A DNA stretch of 64,000 nt from Candidatus Yanofskybacteria bacterium. Lineage in GTDB: Bacteria > Patescibacteriota > Minisyncoccia > 2-02-FULL-40-12 > GWA2-44-9. The notes beneath the pieces are model-generated. The model saw nothing but the letters and a program-made list of their open reading frames with translations, ran no database searches and was not told where the DNA came from. The position numbers and the translations under genes are program-made. This document shows, piece after piece, positions 30,402-41,198 of this stretch (its first letter is position 1; each line of letters begins with the position of its first letter). The stretch spans positions 79,825 to 143,824 of the forward strand of contig DOSG01000002.1 of NCBI GenBank assembly GCA_003514055.1. Reading direction: 5' to 3'.

Positions 30402-32138
30402 ATGAATAAAATATTACAAATAATTTTAAAACGGAAGATATTATTGGGCATGGGGTTTTTAGTCATCGCTCTTGGCTCGTATTTCTTTTTTCGAGGAGAC
30501 GCCACGATAGAAACTAAATATGTATTAGCGGCCGTCGAAAAAGGAACCATCGTTGCCTCTATCACTGGCAGTGGTCAGATCTCTGCCCTGCAGCAAGTGG
30601 ATGTTAAGCCAAAGGTTTCGGGTAGTATAACTTATGTTGGGGTTAAGGCCGGACAGCAAGTTTACGCGGGTCAAGCCTTAGCTTACTTAGACTCGCAAGA
30701 TGCTCAGCGGTCGGTGCGTGATGCTCAGATTAGCCTCGAGAGCGCCCAAATATCTTTGGAGAAAATGCGTCGTAGTCAGGAGACGAGCGGGGAGACTACG
30801 ACAGATAATCTAGCTCAGTCATACAAGGACGGATATAGCAAGGTCTCGGATGCATTTTTAAATCTACCAAATTTAGTTGAATTAGCGCGAGGCGTCCTTT
30901 ATGACAACAATGTCGAAGCTGGTGGTTGTGGCAATGTTTGCGAGTATGGCAACTTAGCTTATCAAGACTTTAGAGAGGAATTTAAATCTATAACCTCTCG
31001 AGCTGAATACGATTATAAAATCGCTAAAGACGCCTATGATCCTAATTTCAAGACTTATAGAGATGTAAGATTAGATGCTTCGCCGGAAGAAATAACGTCA
31101 ATTATAGAAACGACAGAAAATACGGTTGAACTTTTAGCCCAAGCCATTAAAAGCGAGCAGAACATGCTAGATGCTCTAGTGAGCAATATTAACGACGAAG
31201 CATCGAAGCAAGGCCATAAAGGACAGATACGACAACAATTAGTTACCTTCCAAAATAGTATTGGAAGCGGAGTGAGTAATTTAAATAGCATTCTTTCAAG
31301 TCTAGGTAACGCTAGGCGGTCAATCGAATCAGCCCAAAGATCTCTTGAAGATTCGGCGCTTTCTAATCCAATAGACATAAGAAGTCAGGAGAATACAGTT
31401 GCGCAGAGACAAGCGGCATTGCAGGATGCGAAGAGTAACCTAGCAGACTATGCAGTTCGTGCGCCATTTGCTGGAATCGTGGCCAAATCAGATATTGAAA
31501 TTGGAGATTCGGCATCGAGTGGTACGATAATAGCGACATTGCTGACCAAACAAACCATTGCTCAAATATCGTTGAACGAAGTTGATATTTCTCAAGTCGA
31601 AGTTGGACAAAAGGCTACACTTACTTTTGACGCAGTAGAAGATTTAGCTCTCACGGGAAAAGTATTAGAAGTTGATTCCCTAGGAACGGTTAGCCAGGGT
31701 GTGGTTAGTTATAATGTTAAAATCGGATTTGATACTCAAGATGAGCGAATTAAATCTGGCATGAGTGTTTCTGCCGCTATTATCACTGATTCTAAGCAAG
31801 ACGTTTTGGTGGTGCCTAACTCAGCCATCAAATCTGCTAGTAGTGGAAGTTACATAGAAATACCAGGAGACAAATTGGATGCCGAATCGGCGGCTAGTCT
31901 TTTAAATAGTACTGGCATTTCTCTATCTTCTGCCATACAAAGGCAGACGATTGAAACGGGATTATCTAATGACGCTATTACCGAAGTCACGAGTGGTCTT
32001 AATGAGGGAGATCTTGTTATAGTTCGAACCATCGCCGCCTCAACTCAAACTACGACAAGTCAGGGCCAAAACAGTCTATTCCCGGTAGGCGGAAGTGCTA
32101 CTGGCGGCGGAGGAGGCAACAGGACGCAGATGCGCTAA
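30402..32138 (+). CDS. MacA-like membrane fusion/periplasmic adaptor
   Basis: GSGQI..VDVKPKVSG, VRAPFAGIV, NEVDI..VEVGQ, GMSVSA. Confidence 0.88.
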   Translation: MNKILQIILKRKILLGMGFLVIALGSYFFFRGDATIETKYVLAAVEKGTIVASITGSGQISALQQVDVKPKVSGSITYVGVKAGQQVYAGQALAYLDSQDAQRSVRDAQISLESAQISLEKMRRSQETSGETTTDNLAQSYKDGYSKVSDAFLNLPNLVELARGVLYDNNVEAGGCGNVCEYGNLAYQDFREEFKSITSRAEYDYKIAKDAYDPNFKTYRDVRLDASPEEITSIIETTENTVELLAQAIKSEQNMLDALVSNINDEASKQGHKGQIRQQLVTFQNSIGSGVSNLNSILSSLGNARRSIESAQRSLEDSALSNPIDIRSQENTVAQRQAALQDAKSNLADYAVRAPFAGIVAKSDIEIGDSASSGTIIATLLTKQTIAQISLNEVDISQVEVGQKATLTFDAVEDLALTGKVLEVDSLGTVSQGVVSYNVKIGFDTQDERIKSGMSVSAAIITDSKQDVLVVPNSAIKSASSGSYIEIPGDKLDAESAASLLNSTGISLSSAIQRQTIETGLSNDAITEVTSGLNEGDLVIVRTIAASTQTTTSQGQNSLFPVGGSATGGGGGNRTQMR

Positions 32139-32166
32139 TAATAACTTGTGACGAGTCTATCAAGCC

Positions 32167-32874
32167 ATGATCAAGTGTAATAATATATTCAAGATATATA
32201 AAAGCGGAGATATAGAAACTAGTGCTCTTAAGGGAGTTAGTTTTGAAATTACTGATGGTGAATTTGTAGCTATTATGGGTCCATCAGGATCTGGGAAATC
32301 AACATTGATGCATATCATCGGAGCCCTGGATATCCCCACAAGCGGCGAATATATTCTCGATGGACATGATGTCTCTAATTTGACTGACGACGAATTGGCT
32401 GATACCAGAAAAGATAAATTGGGATTTGTTTTCCAGGCATTTAACTTATTGCCAAGAGCTACTGTGCTTAGGAACGTAATATTGCCTTTGGTATATGCCG
32501 GAGTTCCCAAAGAAGAGCGTGAGCTAAAAGCTCGACGGGCTCTTATTAATGCCGGGATGGATGAATCTCACTTCCATCATAGGTCAAATCAGCTCTCGGG
32601 AGGGCAGATTCAACGTGTTGCTATAGCTCGAGCCTTGGTTAATGATCCCTCTTTAATTCTCGCAGATGAACCCACCGGTAATTTGGATACAAAAACAGGA
32701 GAAATAGTTTTGAATACTTTCCAGGCTCTTAACGAAAAGCAAAATAGAACTATCGTTCTCATCACTCATGAGCGAGAGGTGGCCGAACATGCTGATAGAA
32801 TTATAACCATCAAAGACGGACTAATCGTGGAGGATAAGATAAATAAAAATAAGCGTCACGCAAATCTATCATGA
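32167..32874 (+). CDS. ABC transporter ATP-binding protein (MacB/LolD type)
   Basis: [23 protein letters not shown]. Confidence 0.95.
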   Translation: MIKCNNIFKIYKSGDIETSALKGVSFEITDGEFVAIMGPSGSGKSTLMHIIGALDIPTSGEYILDGHDVSNLTDDELADTRKDKLGFVFQAFNLLPRATVLRNVILPLVYAGVPKEERELKARRALINAGMDESHFHHRSNQLSGGQIQRVAIARALVNDPSLILADEPTGNLDTKTGEIVLNTFQALNEKQNRTIVLITHEREVAEHADRIITIKDGLIVEDKINKNKRHANLS

Positions 32875-34094
32875 TCATTTCTGATTTATTCGAAGAAACA
32901 TATTCAGCCTTGCTAGCGAATAAGGCCAGATCTGGTCTTACGGTTCTTGGCATTGTCATCGGTATCGGTTCAGTTATCGCTATGATCTCAATTGGGCAAG
33001 GAGCCAAGGGGACTATTGAATCGAGCATCCAAAACTTGGGATCTAATTTGGTTATCGTAATGCCCGGTGCTCAGCGAGGCGTTGGCATTCAGGTCAATGC
33101 CGGTCGTGGTAGCGCTCAGACATTAACTCAAGATGACGCTGATGCACTTAAGGAGCAAGTAGTTTTAGCGAATGATGTCGCCCCAGAACTTTCTAGTCGG
33201 TATCAGATAACGGCTAAGGGAACTAATACCAATACTCAAGTAGTTGGAACGGTGCCGAGTTATTTAACAGTCAGAAATGTTGAGCTTGAAGATGGTTCAT
33301 TTATCAGTGAGCAGAATCTCAGAAGTTTATCCAAAGTAGTAGTATTGGGGCCAACGGTAAGAGATGATCTTTTCGGTGAAGGAGTAAGTCCCATCGGCCA
33401 ATCAATCCGTATCCGTTCTGTTCAGTTCAAAGTTATTGGAGTGATGAAAGCTAAAGGGGGAAGTGGATTTAATAATCCCGACAATACGATGTATATACCC
33501 CTTTCTACCGCGCAAAAGTTTTTGGCTGGAAATGCATCGGTAAGTCAAATAAGCGTCCAGGCTGTTGATCAGAACTCTATGGCGGAATTACAAGCCCAGA
33601 TTACTGCCCTACTACTCGATAGGCACAATATCTCAGATCCGGCCCTTGCTGACTTTAGTACACTTAATCAGGCAGATATTGTAGCGACGGCATCTTCGGT
33701 TACCGATACCTTTACTATTCTTCTTGCCGCAGTCGCGGGCATATCCTTAGTTGTCGGGGGAATTGGCATTATGAATATGATGTTGACCACGGTTACGGAG
33801 AGAACGAGAGAGATAGGGTTAAGAAAGGCTATCGGCGCCAAGAGAAAAGATATTAATTTACAATTTTTAGCCGAAGCCGTACTGCTTACCTTTTCTGGAG
33901 GAGCGCTAGGAATAATATTCGGATGGGTCGTCAGTCTGCTAGTCTCAAGATTTGGTGGCATAGCGACATCGATTTCAATATCTTCAATTTTATTAGCATT
34001 CGGCGTCTCAGCCGCTATTGGGATTGTATTTGGCTACTACCCGGCTTCTCGGGCGGCTAAATTAAATCCCATAGAGGCGCTACGTTTCGAATAA
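32871..34094 (+). CDS. MacB-type ABC permease
   Basis: GGIGIMN.M..V.ERT.EIGLRKA.GA, P..RAAKL.P.EALR. Confidence 0.93.
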   Translation: MIISDLFEETYSALLANKARSGLTVLGIVIGIGSVIAMISIGQGAKGTIESSIQNLGSNLVIVMPGAQRGVGIQVNAGRGSAQTLTQDDADALKEQVVLANDVAPELSSRYQITAKGTNTNTQVVGTVPSYLTVRNVELEDGSFISEQNLRSLSKVVVLGPTVRDDLFGEGVSPIGQSIRIRSVQFKVIGVMKAKGGSGFNNPDNTMYIPLSTAQKFLAGNASVSQISVQAVDQNSMAELQAQITALLLDRHNISDPALADFSTLNQADIVATASSVTDTFTILLAAVAGISLVVGGIGIMNMMLTTVTERTREIGLRKAIGAKRKDINLQFLAEAVLLTFSGGALGIIFGWVVSLLVSRFGGIATSISISSILLAFGVSAAIGIVFGYYPASRAAKLNPIEALRFE

Positions 34095-34104
34095 CAAAAA
34101 TACC

Positions 34105-34545
34105 ATGAAGAAACTTTTATTAGTGGCGATAGTAGTCGCAGTGATAGTTGGAGGTGGAGCGTTTTATGGAGGCATGAAATATGCTCAGGCTGGAAAAGGG
34201 AATTTTGCTAACTTAACTTCGGAACAGCGTCAACAATTCGCGGATAATGCTGGAGCTGGTCTTAGAAATGGTCCGAGCAGAGGTAGTATGGGCGCAGGAG
34301 TTATCTCGGGAGAGATCATCTCAAAAGACGACAAGAGTGTAACTGTTAAAATGAGAGATGGTGGTTCAAAGATTGTGTTCTATTCCGGCTCGACAGAGAT
34401 TGGAAAGTTTACCAAGGGCGTTGTCTCCGACTTGAGCATCGGAGAAACCGTAACAACTAATGGTACTGCGAATTCTGATGGAAGCCTGACAGCTCAATCA
34501 ATCCAAATCAGACCTTTGCTACCAAGTCCAACGCCATCCAATTAA
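34105..34545 (+). CDS. DUF5666-like exported protein
   Basis: TM + GEIISKD..DL..G..V..G..NSDGS.TA. Confidence 0.65.
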   Translation: MKKLLLVAIVVAVIVGGGAFYGGMKYAQAGKGNFANLTSEQRQQFADNAGAGLRNGPSRGSMGAGVISGEIISKDDKSVTVKMRDGGSKIVFYSGSTEIGKFTKGVVSDLSIGETVTTNGTANSDGSLTAQSIQIRPLLPSPTPSN

Positions 34546-34629
34546 TAGCAAGCCCAAGTTGCACATATCGATTGCCGAGCGCTCCCTTACTCTTTAGTCA
34601 ATCTGACATGAATATGATAAAATTTTCGT

Positions 34630-34806
34630 ATGAATAAAACTAGGATAACTTATTCTATTCTTGCAATATTGTTTGGCGTATTCATGGTTGTGTACGGTGG
34701 ATACGACGATAGTCCAGGAGCGCAAGGACTCGGACTGATAGCGGCTATTGTTGGTATCGTGGGCATTATAAAGAGCAAAAAGAGAATCTCTAGCCAAAAT
34801 AATTGA
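34630..34806 (+). CDS. Small two-TM protein with DDSPG loop (58 aa, not in ORF track)
   Basis: Manual translation MNKTRITYSILAILFGVFMVVYGGYDDSPGAQGLGLIAAIVGIVGIIKSKK... Confidence 0.65.
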   Translation: MNKTRITYSILAILFGVFMVVYGGYDDSPGAQGLGLIAAIVGIVGIIKSKKRISSQNN

Positions 34807-34820
34807 TTACATATTATTCT

Positions 34821-35207
34821 ATGTATAAAAAAATATTAATATTAGGCGTGTTTCTTGCTGCGGGGGTATTAATTCTCGTCTTTACAGCTAAAGACAATAC
34901 AAATAAGAGCTCTACGGTAAGCCCGACTGCTAGTCCATCCATCACTCCAAAATCTCAAGATACATCTTCTGGGCATACTCTTTTAGATGTTGCTAGTCAT
35001 AATGGCAGACCAAGCTGCTGGAGCGTGGTTAATGGAAAGATTTATGACCTTACTTCGTGGATTGATAAACATCCCGGTGGCTCTGATCGCATTCTTAAGA
35101 TATGTGGGACTGATGGCTCGGCCAATTTTAACAATCAGCATGGAGGTAAGCAGAAACCGGCTGATCAATTAGTTAATTTCTATGTTGGAGATTTGTCGGT
35201 GCGATAG
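34821..35207 (+). CDS. Cytochrome b5-like heme-binding protein
   Basis: DVASHN..CW.VVNGKIYDLT.W...HPGG..CGTDG..F..QH. Confidence 0.85.
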   Translation: MYKKILILGVFLAAGVLILVFTAKDNTNKSSTVSPTASPSITPKSQDTSSGHTLLDVASHNGRPSCWSVVNGKIYDLTSWIDKHPGGSDRILKICGTDGSANFNNQHGGKQKPADQLVNFYVGDLSVR

Positions 35208-35474
35208 ACCATGGAGTGCCCGATATACGTGTTGATCTTATGCAACACTAATTAAGGCTCGATTTTTCCTCTTTTCAACCCGCAAAATAGGGGAGGAACG
35301 TTCATTTCTCCTTGCTAAAACAGTAAGATTGATGGCCTAGACAGGTCTAAGCTGTTGCGATTGACGAAACCGCCTGTTTATGCTATAATTAATACAACAG
35401 TGATGGTAGGGACCTTCACAACAGAATACGTTAGATTTGGTGCTTTTTTTCTTGTATCCATAAGGAGCTTGAGG

Positions 35475-36734
35475 ATGAAGAAGATCGACAGGACTGCCGA
35501 ATTCCCTCAGTTGAGGGACGGCGAAGTGTATGCGGACTGGACGGGAGCGGCGCTTCCACCGGTATCGCTCATCAGCAAGTTCGCGACGTTTCTGACGTCG
35601 CATCTGCTGGGTAACCCACACTCATCGCACCGGGCATCGCAGACCGCCTCCGACATGGTGACGGCGACGCGAGCGAGAATTCTGTCGTATCTCAACGCTT
35701 CCAGCGATGAATACGATGTGGTCTTTACCCCGAACGCGACCGGTGCGATCCGTATCCTCGAACACTTCGTGTTCCGGGGCGGTGAGCTTCTGCTCACCGC
35801 GGACAACCATAACTCGGTCAACGGCTTGCGGGAAACCGCAAAACGTGACGGAGGGGTGGTGCGCTACGCGCCCATCAATGGCAATCTCGGGATCGACGTA
35901 GATGGGTTGGTCCGACTGCTCGACTACCCGCGTACGGAAGGTGGGAACAAGCTCTTCGCCTACCCGGCGAAGAGCAATTACTCGGGGGTGTGTCATCCGC
36001 TCGAGCTAGTCGGGATGGCGCAGGAACGCGGGTGGTACGTCCTTCTGGACGCCGCCGCGTACAACGCGAACTGCCGTCTCGATCTGAGCGCGGTCAAGCC
36101 GGACTTCGTTCCGGTGTCGTTCTACAAGATGTTCGGGTTCCCAACGGGTGTCGGTTGCCTGATCATCAAGAAGACGGCCTACGCAGCGCTGGCCAAGAAG
36201 TGGTTCGCCGGCGGCTCGATCCGACTGGTGTCGGTCGCCACCGACTACTTTACCCATGATCGTGGGGCGTCGAAGTACGAGGACGGAACCATCAACTTCC
36301 AGATGATCCCGGCGATCATGGAAGGGCTCGAGTTCCTCGAGGAGTTTGGGGATCGGAATCGGCACGCCATCGCGTTGGCTACCCAGCTCCGTGACGAGCT
36401 CAAGGGCTTGGCAGTGGGAGACGCCTTGTTCGTCATTCACAGCCCGCGTGGTACGGACACCGTGGCTTGCGCCGTTCGCAAAGACGGCGAATACTTGTCA
36501 GTGAGAAGGTTTGAAGAGTTCGCCTCTGAGCGTGGAGTTCACGTCCGGGCGGGCGACTTCTGCAACCCCGGGGCTAACGAGCAGGTGTATGGCTTCGTGG
36601 TCGACCCAAACGAGCCGCAATTCGATGCGGCTCCCAACGGGAGCATCAGAATTTCATTTGGCTACGCCAACGTGGCGAGCGATGTTTCACGGATTCTCGA
36701 GGTGGCAAGGGAGTACTTGGACCACATCCAGTAG
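35475..36734 (+). CDS. Class V PLP aminotransferase (cysteine desulfurase/Moco sulfurase-like), GC-rich
   Basis: YADWTG, GNPHS, FTPNATGA, DAAA, SFYKMFGFPTG, FCNPG. Confidence 0.85.
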   Translation: MKKIDRTAEFPQLRDGEVYADWTGAALPPVSLISKFATFLTSHLLGNPHSSHRASQTASDMVTATRARILSYLNASSDEYDVVFTPNATGAIRILEHFVFRGGELLLTADNHNSVNGLRETAKRDGGVVRYAPINGNLGIDVDGLVRLLDYPRTEGGNKLFAYPAKSNYSGVCHPLELVGMAQERGWYVLLDAAAYNANCRLDLSAVKPDFVPVSFYKMFGFPTGVGCLIIKKTAYAALAKKWFAGGSIRLVSVATDYFTHDRGASKYEDGTINFQMIPAIMEGLEFLEEFGDRNRHAIALATQLRDELKGLAVGDALFVIHSPRGTDTVACAVRKDGEYLSVRRFEEFASERGVHVRAGDFCNPGANEQVYGFVVDPNEPQFDAAPNGSIRISFGYANVASDVSRILEVAREYLDHIQ

Positions 36735-36746
36735 GAGAGGTGACAC

Positions 36747-36938
36747 ATGAGCCAGGATCAGTCGAAGGTTGACTCGCGTATCAAGGTCGGCTCGATCGTG
36801 AGTCGCCGTGGGCAGGAATACAGGGTGACAGAGTTCACCCACGGCTGCTGCGGCGGCGACGAACAGGTTCGGGTCAGGGATGGCAACGGCTTTTCGGCCG
36901 GGCCGTTCTACACCGACAACGTCAAGTTCGTTCGATAG
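36747..36938 (+). CDS. Small beta-barrel-like protein with GCCG motif
   Basis: GAGG RBS, GC-rich, terminator follows. Confidence 0.55.
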   Translation: MSQDQSKVDSRIKVGSIVSRRGQEYRVTEFTHGCCGGDEQVRVRDGNGFSAGPFYTDNVKFVR

Positions 36939-37128
36939 TCGTCTACGCGACGGCTATCAGCCCCCGGGGGGTTCTACCCCCGGGGTTTTTGTTTACTAAA
37001 TAAATTGCCCAACGAGCGATCATATAAAAATATCTGGATTAATATCCGCGTATTTAGGAAGGAATAAAAAGATGATCCATGAGTGGATCATCTTTTTATT
37101 CCTGGGGAACTATAAACGAGTCTTTGTC

Positions 37129-37692
37129 TTATTGCGGCATCTGCATGTATTGTGGCTCGCCGATTCTAACTGAGGCGTTGAACAATCCATACTGAGCTTT
37201 TGCTTGGGCGTTTGCATTCAAGTTATAATAAACTTCTTGAATGGCATTTCTAGCCTGAACTGGTCCGATGGTACGATTTTGTAGAGCTTGAGAGGATAAA
37301 GTTCCAGTCCAAGCTGAGATTGTCGATAATGAAGAGTCTACCATTAAGAGGTATTTTTGTTTATCGGCATCCGAGAGACCATTCGGATTTCTTTGAGCTT
37401 CTTCAAGGGCTTTAACTGCGTTGAATACTCCGGTATAAGCCAAATGTTCAGGAGAGTTTGATATCGTCGCCAACACTTCGCTCAAAGGCTTCCCTGCGTG
37501 GAAAGATGCACCTGAATCTAGGGGTCGATGGAATATCGCTCCATATAGACTTGTCAGTAGCGATGTGTCGACAGTGCAAGTTGCGTTAGCCGAGGCTACT
37601 TGAGTATGATTACTAACGAACATCCCTCCGAGTAGTCCTAGGCCGATCATTAGGAAAGAGACAATAAATATGTTGTGTTTTGATATTTGCAT
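37129..37692 (-). CDS. Secreted hypothetical protein
   Basis: Signal peptide; LY.AIFHRPLDSG..SPE motif. Confidence 0.6.
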   Translation of the reverse strand: MQISKHNIFIVSFLMIGLGLLGGMFVSNHTQVASANATCTVDTSLLTSLYGAIFHRPLDSGASFHAGKPLSEVLATISNSPEHLAYTGVFNAVKALEEAQRNPNGLSDADKQKYLLMVDSSLSTISAWTGTLSSQALQNRTIGPVQARNAIQEVYYNLNANAQAKAQYGLFNASVRIGEPQYMQMPQ

Positions 37693-37907
37693 TCAGTTGT
37701 TAAAATAAGTACTAAGTAATCACGAGTTTTGATGAAACTAGTAAATTATCGGTGCTTAAATTAAGTTAATTATTCTACCGCGGGCTACGACCTGGGTAGC
37801 GAGTTAAAAAATACTACCCATTTTGATCCCGATCACTTTTGATGCCGTACAAAGCATCTATACATTGCAATTGATCGCTGATGCGGATAGCTAGTAGGCT
37901 TTAGAAT

Positions 37908-38564
37908 CTACTTTGAGAGGATGAGGGCTATCTTTATGGTGGCATCCATGGTCTTGGCAGAATTATTCCAATCTGCCGCTGCTTGCTTGAGCGTATCAAA
38001 AGAATAAATCATACCATTGCCTTGAGTGGTGCCTGGATCATTTACTATGAATCCAGAGGCATTGTAGCCGCGCACCACGATCATGTGGTAAAAAGGCCCT
38101 GAGTCCGTGTAGATCGGCAATAATCGGGCATTTATTGGCAGGAGAACGACATGGCCTCTGCTCAGCTCTTTCTTTAAATCCTTTTCGGTGTAATCTCTTA
38201 TTTGCTTAACGGTTATGTCAAATACTTTTTCAGCCATTCGAGAAGTGGTGTAAGCGCCAGTGTCGGCGTTGTAGCCAATATTGTTTGCCTCCCATTTTCT
38301 TAGTTTGGCTATATATTCTTGGGCTAGGGCTACTGTTAACTCATTATCTCTGTTGCCTTCGAAATAGGCGTGAGCCATGGCGATGCTTGTCTCTTCGCAA
38401 TCTTCGTTACGGTCCCATCTCCCCGTCGGAGCTTGATCAGTAAAGGGTACGGCCAGAACGAGGGTCTCGGGTAGTGGCCAGTTAGTCATTACGATGATCA
38501 GTCCGATAAGGCCCAGTCCGAGCAGGCTCATCGTGCGTCTGTGCGTCGAAAAAATATTTTGCAT
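37908..38564 (-). CDS. C39-like peptidase
   Basis: VPFTDQAP..CEETS, YHMIVVRGY, VNDPG. Confidence 0.85.
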   Translation of the reverse strand: MQNIFSTHRRTMSLLGLGLIGLIIVMTNWPLPETLVLAVPFTDQAPTGRWDRNEDCEETSIAMAHAYFEGNRDNELTVALAQEYIAKLRKWEANNIGYNADTGAYTTSRMAEKVFDITVKQIRDYTEKDLKKELSRGHVVLLPINARLLPIYTDSGPFYHMIVVRGYNASGFIVNDPGTTQGNGMIYSFDTLKQAAADWNNSAKTMDATIKIALILSK

Positions 38565-38573
38565 ATTGGTGGA

Positions 38574-39338
38574 TTATTTTGAAACAACGATCATGACGGA
38601 TTTGCTTTCGTCGATTGTGTCGATGGCATGATCCCAATCAGCCGTGGCATTGTTAATGGTCGAGAATGAATATAGATAATTCTCGCCGTTTCTTGTGCCA
38701 GAATCATTGGTGATAATTTTTGTGGCTGTATAGCCGCGAATTACTAACATATGATAAATTGGCCCCGGTTGCTTATAGTTCGGATTATTGAGTTTGCGGC
38801 CATTAACCGGAATTATAAGTACTTTACCTGCTAGTAGGGCCGATTTAATATCGTTTTCGGTAAAGTTTTTTACTAGGTTAGTTTTAAGGCCGTATACCGA
38901 TTCAATCATTTCTGCAGTTTCTACTGCGTCAGTATCTAAATAGTAGCCGAAATTCGTATCCTGCCACTTAGTCAATTTGGTAATTTCTATTTCCACCTCG
39001 GCGGCCGGAATTTTTTCTCTTGTGTCGCCGGCAAAGTATGCCCCGGCCATTATGGCGCTAGCTTCTTCGCAGGCTTCATTGTGAAGTTGGTCCCAATTGC
39101 CGATCGGCGCCTGGGGCGTGAAGGGAACAGCGAGAGAAAAACTCAGAGGAGTTTCTGAGGGTTTACTTGCCGATGGACTTGGGCTTGGTGAAACTAATGT
39201 GCCGGTCGGCGTAGGTGAGATACTGGGACTTGGGGTCTGTGTTGGTTGTGGATTTTTACCATATCCAAACAGTACAATCCCGACTATTGCAACGACAAGA
39301 ATTACGCCGATTATATTGATTGATTTGTTGATGGTCAT
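38574..39338 (-). CDS. C39-like peptidase (tandem paralog)
   Basis: VPFTPQAP..ACEEAS, YHMLVIRGY, TNDSG. Confidence 0.85.
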   Translation of the reverse strand: MTINKSINIIGVILVVAIVGIVLFGYGKNPQPTQTPSPSISPTPTGTLVSPSPSPSASKPSETPLSFSLAVPFTPQAPIGNWDQLHNEACEEASAIMAGAYFAGDTREKIPAAEVEIEITKLTKWQDTNFGYYLDTDAVETAEMIESVYGLKTNLVKNFTENDIKSALLAGKVLIIPVNGRKLNNPNYKQPGPIYHMLVIRGYTATKIITNDSGTRNGENYLYSFSTINNATADWDHAIDTIDESKSVMIVVSK

Positions 39339-39481
39339 TTCTCAGTATTTATTTTTTTAGATTATACATTCAATAGTAAGCCGATACAAAATTTAAGTTA
39401 TTACAGTCTAAATGATTGTTCGGGCCGTTGTAACCTATTTGGTCTTGAGGCGGCACCATTTGTAATAAGAGTAATGAAACG

Positions 39482-39868
39482 TTGATGAATATGATAGACA
39501 AACACTATAATCCCATACACTCAAGTACCAACTTCGGGTATACTAGTTTACATTTTTGGCGACCAATCTTAAAAGCGGCTGGAATTGTTATTTTTCTTGG
39601 GGTAGTTATCTTATTGTTGGTTGGTGGTGTGATATTCGGGGCGTCTCAATTTGTGACAATTTTTTCGAGTTCCACCGAAGCTGCAGACCAGACTAGATTA
39701 GCCCAGGCAGGCTTAGAGACTATGAAGAAAATGGTGGGTGACCAGGAAGCTTGGTCAGCGGCAATCAAAAGCGAGTATGATGGTATTTTTACTAATCAAT
39801 CCGTAGACAAGCGTGGGCTTAGCTGGTTTGATGGCTATATAACTGAAGCAGACCATTCTATCGATTAA
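39482..39868 (+). CDS. Hypothetical membrane protein
   Basis: TM helix; start uncertain. Confidence 0.55.
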   Translation: MMNMIDKHYNPIHSSTNFGYTSLHFWRPILKAAGIVIFLGVVILLLVGGVIFGASQFVTIFSSSTEAADQTRLAQAGLETMKKMVGDQEAWSAAIKSEYDGIFTNQSVDKRGLSWFDGYITEADHSID

Positions 39869-39938
39869 ACCGGCTATGATGTACAAATTAAATCAGCCTC
39901 CAGTGGGGGGCTGATTTAATCAAGTAAAGGCCCATCAC

Positions 39939-40454
39939 TTATGCTGGATCATATAGTAATTTGAGCTTCGCCAGTCCACGATGTAGTTGTACGGCAATGG
40001 TATTTTTTGATTGTCCGGTGACGAGTGAGATTTCTTCGAGCGATAAGTCTTGGCTATATTTCATACGCATCACCTCTTGGTATTTTTTAGGAAGTCGCTG
40101 TATCAATATAAGCGCTTTCTTGCCGTCGAGCATATCTATAAGGCGTCCAGAGTTATCATTCCCAGGTTCGAACCCTTTCTCTAGCAGGGCATCAAGTGAG
40201 GTTGTCTTTCGTTTCCTATATTCGTCGACGATAAGATTGTTGAGAACATGATAGAGAAAGGCTTTCATAATTTCGATCTTTCCGCCCTTGACTATATAAC
40301 TCCAAGTTTTAATGAATGTATTCTGGACTAAATCTTCGCTAGTCATGCGGTTACGTATCTTAAAAAAGGCATACGAGCGAAGCTTTTTTTCGTAATCTCC
40401 GTGAACTATAGTAAATGCCACCTTTTGTTGTATTTCTTGAGTGGTTTCGTCCAT
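39939..40454 (-). CDS. ECF sigma factor
   Basis: SEDLVQNTFIKTW, AFLYHVLNNLIVDEYRK, EIS..G.SKNTIAVQLHRG. Confidence 0.88.
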   Translation of the reverse strand: MDETTQEIQQKVAFTIVHGDYEKKLRSYAFFKIRNRMTSEDLVQNTFIKTWSYIVKGGKIEIMKAFLYHVLNNLIVDEYRKRKTTSLDALLEKGFEPGNDNSGRLIDMLDGKKALILIQRLPKKYQEVMRMKYSQDLSLEEISLVTGQSKNTIAVQLHRGLAKLKLLYDPA

Positions 40455-40579
40455 GTTTATGAATAAAGCGGCCAAATTGCACATTATCGTGCGAGGAGTG
40501 ATAGTGTAGATCAATTGTGACCCCTTTTTTGCACAATAGCCAGCTGTAATAATTTTGATCATTGGCAGGCTTCATTATT

Positions 40580-41161
40580 ATGAAACCAATAAAAAACAAG
40601 AATAGTATAGGAATCGAGGCCATAGGCCCTGATTTTGTGAAGCGTTTATGGGAGGAAAGTTGGACATACATCAGAACGGTAGTCGATGTGGTTCGAGAAC
40701 CGGTCCTGATTCTTAACAAAGACCTTCGAGTGATGGCGGCTAATGATTCCTTCTATAGACTTTTCCAAGTCGAGTCAAAAGATACCGAAGGAAAGGTTGT
40801 CTATGAACTCGGAAATGGTCAATGGAATATTCCATCGCTTCGGAAACTCCTCGAAGATATATTGCCCAGAAATTCATTTTTCAAAGGCTTCGAGGTTGCT
40901 CACGAGTTTCCTGTTATAGGCCGTAAGGTCATGATTTTAAATGCTAGACAGATCCATCCCAAAGAGGAGATGACTTCAAAATTATTTCCACCGATTATAC
41001 TTCTGGCCATGGAAGATGTTACAGACATGATGCTTGTCGCCGAGACTCTCGCTAGTCATGCTAATCAAGTCGAATCCAAGTTCGCGGAGCGTGCGCATAA
41101 ATTGGAGGTTAACATTGAGAAGCTGGAGCAAGAGATTGTAAAACTTAAGAAAATATCATAA
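40580..41161 (+). CDS. Stand-alone PAS domain protein
   Basis: VREPVLIL..DLRV..AN.SFY..F..ELGNGQWNIP.L. Confidence 0.8.
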   Translation: MKPIKNKNSIGIEAIGPDFVKRLWEESWTYIRTVVDVVREPVLILNKDLRVMAANDSFYRLFQVESKDTEGKVVYELGNGQWNIPSLRKLLEDILPRNSFFKGFEVAHEFPVIGRKVMILNARQIHPKEEMTSKLFPPIILLAMEDVTDMMLVAETLASHANQVESKFAERAHKLEVNIEKLEQEIVKLKKIS

Positions 41162-41198
41162 TCGTCTAGGTAAAATAAAAAATAATTAATAAAAACAT

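Noticed and set aside
37908-39338. Tandem C39-like peptidases as a bacteriocin system
   Set aside because: No precursor peptide or peptidase-fused ABC exporter nearby; such exported peptidases are common in CPR.
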